Origin: the human T2T-CHM13v2.0 reference genome, Homo sapiens
Length of the DNA: 64,000 nt
Assembly (NCBI RefSeq): GCF_009914755.1
Contig: NC_060940.1
Direction: 5' to 3' (one strand)
In this document: piece by piece, positions 56,343 to 64,000 of the stretch
How the letters are laid out: each line of letters begins with the position of its first letter
Position numbering within the stretch: the first letter of the stretch is position 1
Made by a program: the position numbers and the translations under genes
The notes under the pieces: generated by a model
What the model was told of the DNA's origin: nothing
Database searches by the model: none
The model's input: only the letters and a program-made list of their open reading frames with translations

Positions 56343-56389
56343 TAGTGTTTTTAAAACTCACGAGGTGATAGTGTGCAATCATGTTTGAG

Positions 56390-56583
56390 GGCTAGGGACA
56401 TTTTCCCCCACCAGGGCACGTTTGGCAATATCTGGGGGCATTTTCGGTTGTCCCAACTGGGGGCGAGGGCATGTAGTGGGTCGAGGCCAGGTATTGCTGC
56501 TAAAACTCCTACAGTGCGCAGGACAGCCCCCCAAAGAATTATCTGGCTCCAGATGTCAAGAATGCCAAGGATTAGAGACCCTG
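56390..56583 (+). mobile_element. MER20 flanked by MER5-type sequence
   Basis: ttttcccccaccagggcacgtttggcaatatctgggggcatttt...caggacagccccc...gaattatctggctccagatgtcaa...gagaccctg. Confidence 0.75.
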
Positions 56584-56862
56584 GCCCAGACCCTCAGTCC
56601 TTCAGTGGGATCTGGGACCAGTAGCACTGACACAGCCTGGAAGCGTAGAAATGCAGAATCCCAGGCCACACCCCAGACTTGCAGAATCCAAAACAACTCC
56701 CCCCACCCCCCACCACTCCCCCCAGAAAAACCCGGCCGCATGTGTGCACATTAAAGCATGCGAAGCCCTGGTTTCGAGGACACCTAGGGTCCCTTGCCAA
56801 CTGATGAGTTCAAGGTTGGGAGGCACTGAGCAGCGCGGATAAGAACGTGGGCTTTGAGATGA

Positions 56863-57192
<330 letters not shown>

Positions 57193-57499
57193 TAACGCCG
57201 TTTCCCTTTGCATGCAGGGAGGGACTTCTACGTGTGGGCAGTGGGCCGAGGGAGTGGGTGTTGATGGTAATGGCATGTAGAGCTCCCTGGCAGTTCCGGC
57301 TGTGGTTCATATTTTATTTTCCAGCCTGTTAACCAATTCCTCAGTATTTTGTTCCTTTCCTGAATTGTCAGGTTGATGTTATCCTTGGTGGCATGGCGTT
57401 TTCATTTTCTCTTTTCCTTGACAGTGTCAGTAATTAACTACCCTACAATGGACGACACATCATATTTCTCCCCTTGAATCCTCCCAAACGCTAACCAGA

Positions 57500-58330
<831 letters not shown>

Positions 58331-60351
58331 GCTCATAGCACAACACATGCCTTGTGCTTTGCTACCTCTGGATCTTTGCCACGTACCTTTCCTTCCTTCT
58401 TCCTAATTGATGAAAGCCTGCTCATCCCCCAAGGCTGTAACAAACACTACTTCCATTGATTTACCCTCCCTTCTCAATTAGATGGACTTCTTCTTTTGAA
58501 TTTTGAGTCCCAATAACTTTAGTATAGGAACTCATCTAATAATACTTTCTGAAATAGTTTTTTTTGTTTTGTTTTTGTTTTGACATGGAGTCGCGCTCTG
58601 TTGCCCAGGCTGGAGTGTGGTGTGCCATCTTGGCTCGCTGCAACCTCTGCCTCCCAGCTTCAAGCAATTCTCCTACCTCAGTCTCCCGAGTAGCTGGGAC
58701 TACAGGCTTACACCACCACGCCCATTAAATTTTCTTTTTTTTTTGTATTTTTAGTAGAGACAGTGTTTGATCATGTTGGCTAGGCTGATCTTGAACTCCT
58801 GGCCTCAGGTGATCTACCCTCTGTGGTCTCCCAAAGTGTTGGAATTACAGGCGTGAGCCACCGTGCCCAGCCCACTCCCTGAAATAGTTTTGTTTTGTTT
58901 TTTTTGCATGCTCAGTGTACTGCCTCCTCTTTGAAGGGTAACATGTTAGCTACTTGCAGACATATAGCAGCTGACTTTTGTGTCTTCTGTGGGTACAACC
59001 CCAGCAGGGCCTGATGCATAATGGGCACAGCTCAAATTATTATCTGTTATTGAAAGAGAAGGGCTGGACGAAATGGCTCATGCTTGTGATCTGAACACTT
59101 TGGGAGGCCAAGGCGGGTGGATCATCTGAGGCCAGGAGAGCAGCCTGGCCAACATGGCAAAACCCCGTCTCTACTAAAAATATAAACATTAGTCAGGCAT
59201 GGTGGTGTATGCCTATAATCTCAACTACTTGGGTGGCTGAGGCAGGAGAATGGCCTGAATCCGGGAGGCGGAGGTTGTATTGAGCTGAGTTTGTACCACT
59301 GCATACCAGCTTGGGCAACAGAGCGAGACTCTGTCTCAAAAAAAAGAAAAAGGAAGAAGAAAAAATTACTGGTTTATTTGGCTGTAGTTTGGTTTTTTTT
59401 TGTACATTTGTAGAGCAGAAGGTGAGTAAAGTGTTTCTAATAATAAAACTCAGAAAAAACACCAGAATTTAATTGTCTAATAGGCTGGGTACAGATATAG
59501 GTGGCATGCGCCTGTAATCCCTGCACTTCGGGAGGCTGAGGTGGAAGGATTGCTTGAAGCCAGGAGTTTGAGACCAGCCTGGGCAACATAGTGAGACCCT
59601 GTCTCTACAAAAAAAAAAAAAAAAAAAAAAATTAGCTGGGCATGGTGGTGCCTACCTGTGGTCCCAGCTACCGTGGAGGCTGAGGCAGGAGGATTGCTTG
59701 AGCCTAGGAGTGCAGAGGCTGCAGTAAGCTAGGATCACACCACTGCACTCCTACCTGGGTGACAAGGCAAGACCCTGTCTCTAGAAGAAAAAAAAAATCT
59801 AAATAAAGTGTCTTTTCAAGCAGGTGTCTTGGGGAGTCCACTTTTGTAAAAGTGCTACTATGGGAAAAATATTTTTGGAACATTTGTTCTAGAACTGCCT
59901 TCAGGATTGGTTTATGAACCGTTAAGAAAATTGTCTAACATCACGTTTTGTTTTAGATGGTAGTTGCTTGAGCTCAGCACTGTTGACACTTGGGGCCAGA
60001 CAGTTCTTTGTTGTGGGGGCTGTCTTTTTTTTTTGTTCTTGTTATTGTTTTTTTTGTTTTTTTAAGGGACAGAGTCTTGCTCTGTTGCCCAGGCTGGAGT
60101 GCAGTGGTGCGATCATAGCTCACTGCAGCCTTGAATTCTTGGCCTCAAGCAGTCTTCCCACTTTGTCATCTCATCTAGCTGGGGACTACAGGTGCACGCC
60201 ACCATGCCTGGCTAAGTTATTTATTTTTTTGTAGAAATGGGGGTCTTGCTGTGTTGCCCAGGCTGGTCTCGAACTTCTACCCTCAAGCTATCTTACCACT
60301 TTGGCCTCCCAAAGTGATGGGATTACAGGTGTCAGTCACTGCACCTGGCCA

Positions 60352-60790
60352 CAAGGCTATAAGTTAATACAGCAAAATTAGCAAGGAATTAAGGCACACA
60401 TGGGGCGGTGTTCAAGAGAAGCCAGGTGCAGGCTTCCAGGAGTCCCCAGCAGAGTCACAGGTTCACTAATTCTCTGGCAACCATGATGATTATGTGTGTG
60501 AAATGTTGCCAACCAGGGAAGCTTGGTAGGAGCTCAGTTCCTGGGTTTGTATTAGGGGCAGGTCACATAAGCAGCCTTTGCTTGGCACATACCAAAAGTC
60601 TAGACTCCCAGAGGGAAAGCGGTGTTCAGCATAAACCATATTGTTTGTACAAACAGTTGAGGCACACTGAGCTACTCTACCCAATTCTGTTAATGGTGGA
60701 AACCCTGTAAGTATGCAGACACTAGCCAAGGGCTAAACTTGTAAGCAGCCTTCAAGCAGGAAAAGCAGTCAGGTGGTCGTGTTCACACTT
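60352..60790. mobile_element. MER21-like LTR
   Basis: gagaagccaggtgcaggcttccagg...gtgttcagcataaaccatattgtttgtacaaacagtt-aggcac. Confidence 0.65.
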
Positions 60791-61586
60791 TTCTGCTTAC
60801 TACCTTATTACCTTTCTAAAAATCTAAGCTGGGTGTGATGGCTCGCGCCTGGGAGGCAGAGGTGGGAAAGTCGCTTGAGCCCATGAGTTTGAGACCAGCT
60901 TAGGCAACATAGTGAGACCTTGTCTCTACAAAAAATCAAAAAAATAGCTGGGCATGGTGGTGTGAGTGTAGTCACAGCTACTTGGGAGGCTGAGTTGGGA
61001 GGATCACTTGAGCCCAGGAGATCGAGAGCAGTTTGAGTAACATAGTGAGACCTTGTCCTTACAAAAAACCAAAAAAATTAGCTGGGCATGGTGATGTGAC
61101 TAGTCACAGCTACTTGGGAGGCTGAATTGGGAGGATCGCTGGAGCCCAGGAGTTGGAGACCAGCCTGGGCAATGTAGCAAGACCTAATGCTTACCTGTAG
61201 TCCCAGCTACTTTGGAGGCTGAAGTAGGAGGATCACTGATGCAAATAGCCACTGTACTGCAGCCTGGGCAACATAGCGAGACCTCATCTCCTAAAAAAAA
61301 AAAAAATTAGAATCCTGCAGTTGTAATTTGCAAAACTCATGTGGCCCCAAGGGCTTGGGAGAAAGGAGCGTGGACCTGCTTATTCTTCAAGGGATTGGGA
61401 GGACCTGGAGAGATGCTCAGGAATGAAACCACAGGCTCTTAACACCCTATTGTGGGGTAAAAGTAACACACCTTGCCCTGAACTTGGTCAGCAGCATCCA
61501 CGTGGGATGGATCAACCGGGGAAGCTGTTACGGGCCCTGTTTTCTTCTGTCTGGTGAGTGATGAAGAGTCTCCTTTCCTTCCTTAG

Positions 61587-61945
<359 letters not shown>

Positions 61946-62637
61946 ACACATGGTTAGACCTTGTAGGCCGGTGACTGGAATCAGAAGGTCTGTGAGCCTC
62001 TGAGAAAGTCCTTGTTTCCCACGGTCTTGTTTATTATGTGTATGTGTGACTCAGCTTTCAAGAGTTGAGTACAAATTACCCCCTACTTTTTTCCCCCTTA
62101 TTAGCTCTTACCTTATAGGATACATGCTGTTAATCTCTTTATTTAAATTAAAATAATTAATTTCTAAAATGGGGCCTTGTTGTGTTGCCCAGGCTGGTCT
62201 CAAACTCCTGGGCTTAAGCGATCCTGTTGCCTCAGCCTCTCAAAGTGTTGGGATTACAGGTGTGAGCCACCATGCCCGGCTTTCAGCTTTTTATTTTTGG
62301 AGATATTTTGTATTTTAAAAAGTTTGAATACCCAAGTAATAGAGTGATGTTTCTTATTATAAAAAAGTCCAAATCAAGCCGGGCTCACCCCTGTAATTTC
62401 AGCATTTTGGGAGGCCAAGGTGGGTGGATCGCCTGAGCTTAGGAGTTCAAGACCAGCCTGGGAAACATGGTGAAACCTGTCTCTACCAAAAATGGAAAAG
62501 TTAGCTGCGTGTGGTGATGCGTGCCTGTAGTCCCAGCTACTTGGGAGGCTGAAGCATGAGGATCACCTGAACCCAGGAGGTCGAAGCTGTAGTGAGCCAT
62601 GATTGTGCCACTGCACAACAGAGTGAGACCCTGTCTC

Positions 62638-62670
<33 letters not shown>

Positions 62671-62743
62671 AAATCGTACAAAAGTACATAAATTAAAAGG
62701 GGATACCCCCTTCCCTACTCTCTCAACCACTGCAAATATATAG

Positions 62744-63175
<432 letters not shown>

Positions 63176-64000
63176 TAAATGGGCCCACGTGGCAGCATGA
63201 TTTTTGTCCTTTAGCGCCCTGCTTTGGGGACCTCTCTGTGCTGTGCCGTATAGCTTCAATTCATTCTTCCAACCCGGTGCCTTTTGGTCTATAATGGAGA
63301 TGGTGCAGTTTATTTCTTTGCTCTTCTGTTGATGGATATTTATGGTGTGCTGTGGAATTTCAAATGGGAGCACTAGGCTGCACTGACGATACCACAGGGA
63401 GATGAGTTTCAGGACATGGGCCTGTTGGAAGGAGAGGCCTCACGTGGTAGGGTTGGGTGGGATGGGTGAGGCAGGGGCTTTAGGATTGAGTCACCCTTCA
63501 GTCTCTTGATGTGTAGGATGCCCTGAGTGGCCCGACTCAACCCATTTCAGTCCCTGGCCTCCAGATCATGTAGCTTATATTCTTCCCATCTGTGACCCGG
63601 GGATGACTGTAGCACTAAATGATAAGAGTTCTTGTGATTGTTAAGTGTCTGAATACATGTAAAATGCTTAGAAAAGTTGCTGGGATACACAAAATCCTGG
63701 GTGGTAGTAAAAGTATTTAACAACTGCACTGCACAAGTATCCACTATTTGGAACCAGTGCTAGCCAGTACAGAAACATTTCACTATTTTAACAACCATGG
63801 GCCAGGCACAGGGGCTCATGTCTGTAATCCCAGCTCTTTGGGAGCCTGAGGCAGGAGGTTGGCTTGTGGCCAGGAGTGCAAGACCAGCCTGAGCAACATA
63901 GCAAGGTGCCATCTCTACAAAAAATACAAAAATGAACTGGGTGTGGTGGCATATGCCTGTGGTCCCAGATACTAAGGAGGCTGAGGTGGGAGGATCGCTT

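Overview
This is primate genomic DNA, almost certainly human, from inside the ABCC1 (MRP1, multidrug resistance-associated protein 1) gene on the + strand. The window starts in the 3' part of intron 1 and ends in intron 11. It contains coding exons 2-11 (c.49-1473, residues D17-Q491: TMD0, the L0/lasso linker and the start of TMD1), all with canonical AG/GT boundaries, and they splice into one uninterrupted frame. The rest is intron. I counted roughly 85-90 Alu copies or fragments by eye, plus MIR, L2, old L1, hAT DNA transposons (MER1A, MER20, MER58A, MER5), LTRs (MLT2B, MER21-like, MLT1-like) and simple repeats. Nearly all non-exon ORFs in the track are Alu or low-complexity artefacts. I found no convincing evidence of a new biological system. 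The best leads are: (1) an NQO1-type NRF2/AP-1 motif cluster in intron 5; (2) a 129-bp higher-order tandem repeat in intron 1 that carries a long antisense ORF; (3) two candidate poison exons, one behind a poly(A)/poly(T) hairpin and one in a locally duplicated element I could not assign; (4) inverted-Alu architecture around in-frame exons; (5) a set of apparent non-reference alleles. Repeat family names and rs numbers are from memory and need database confirmation.
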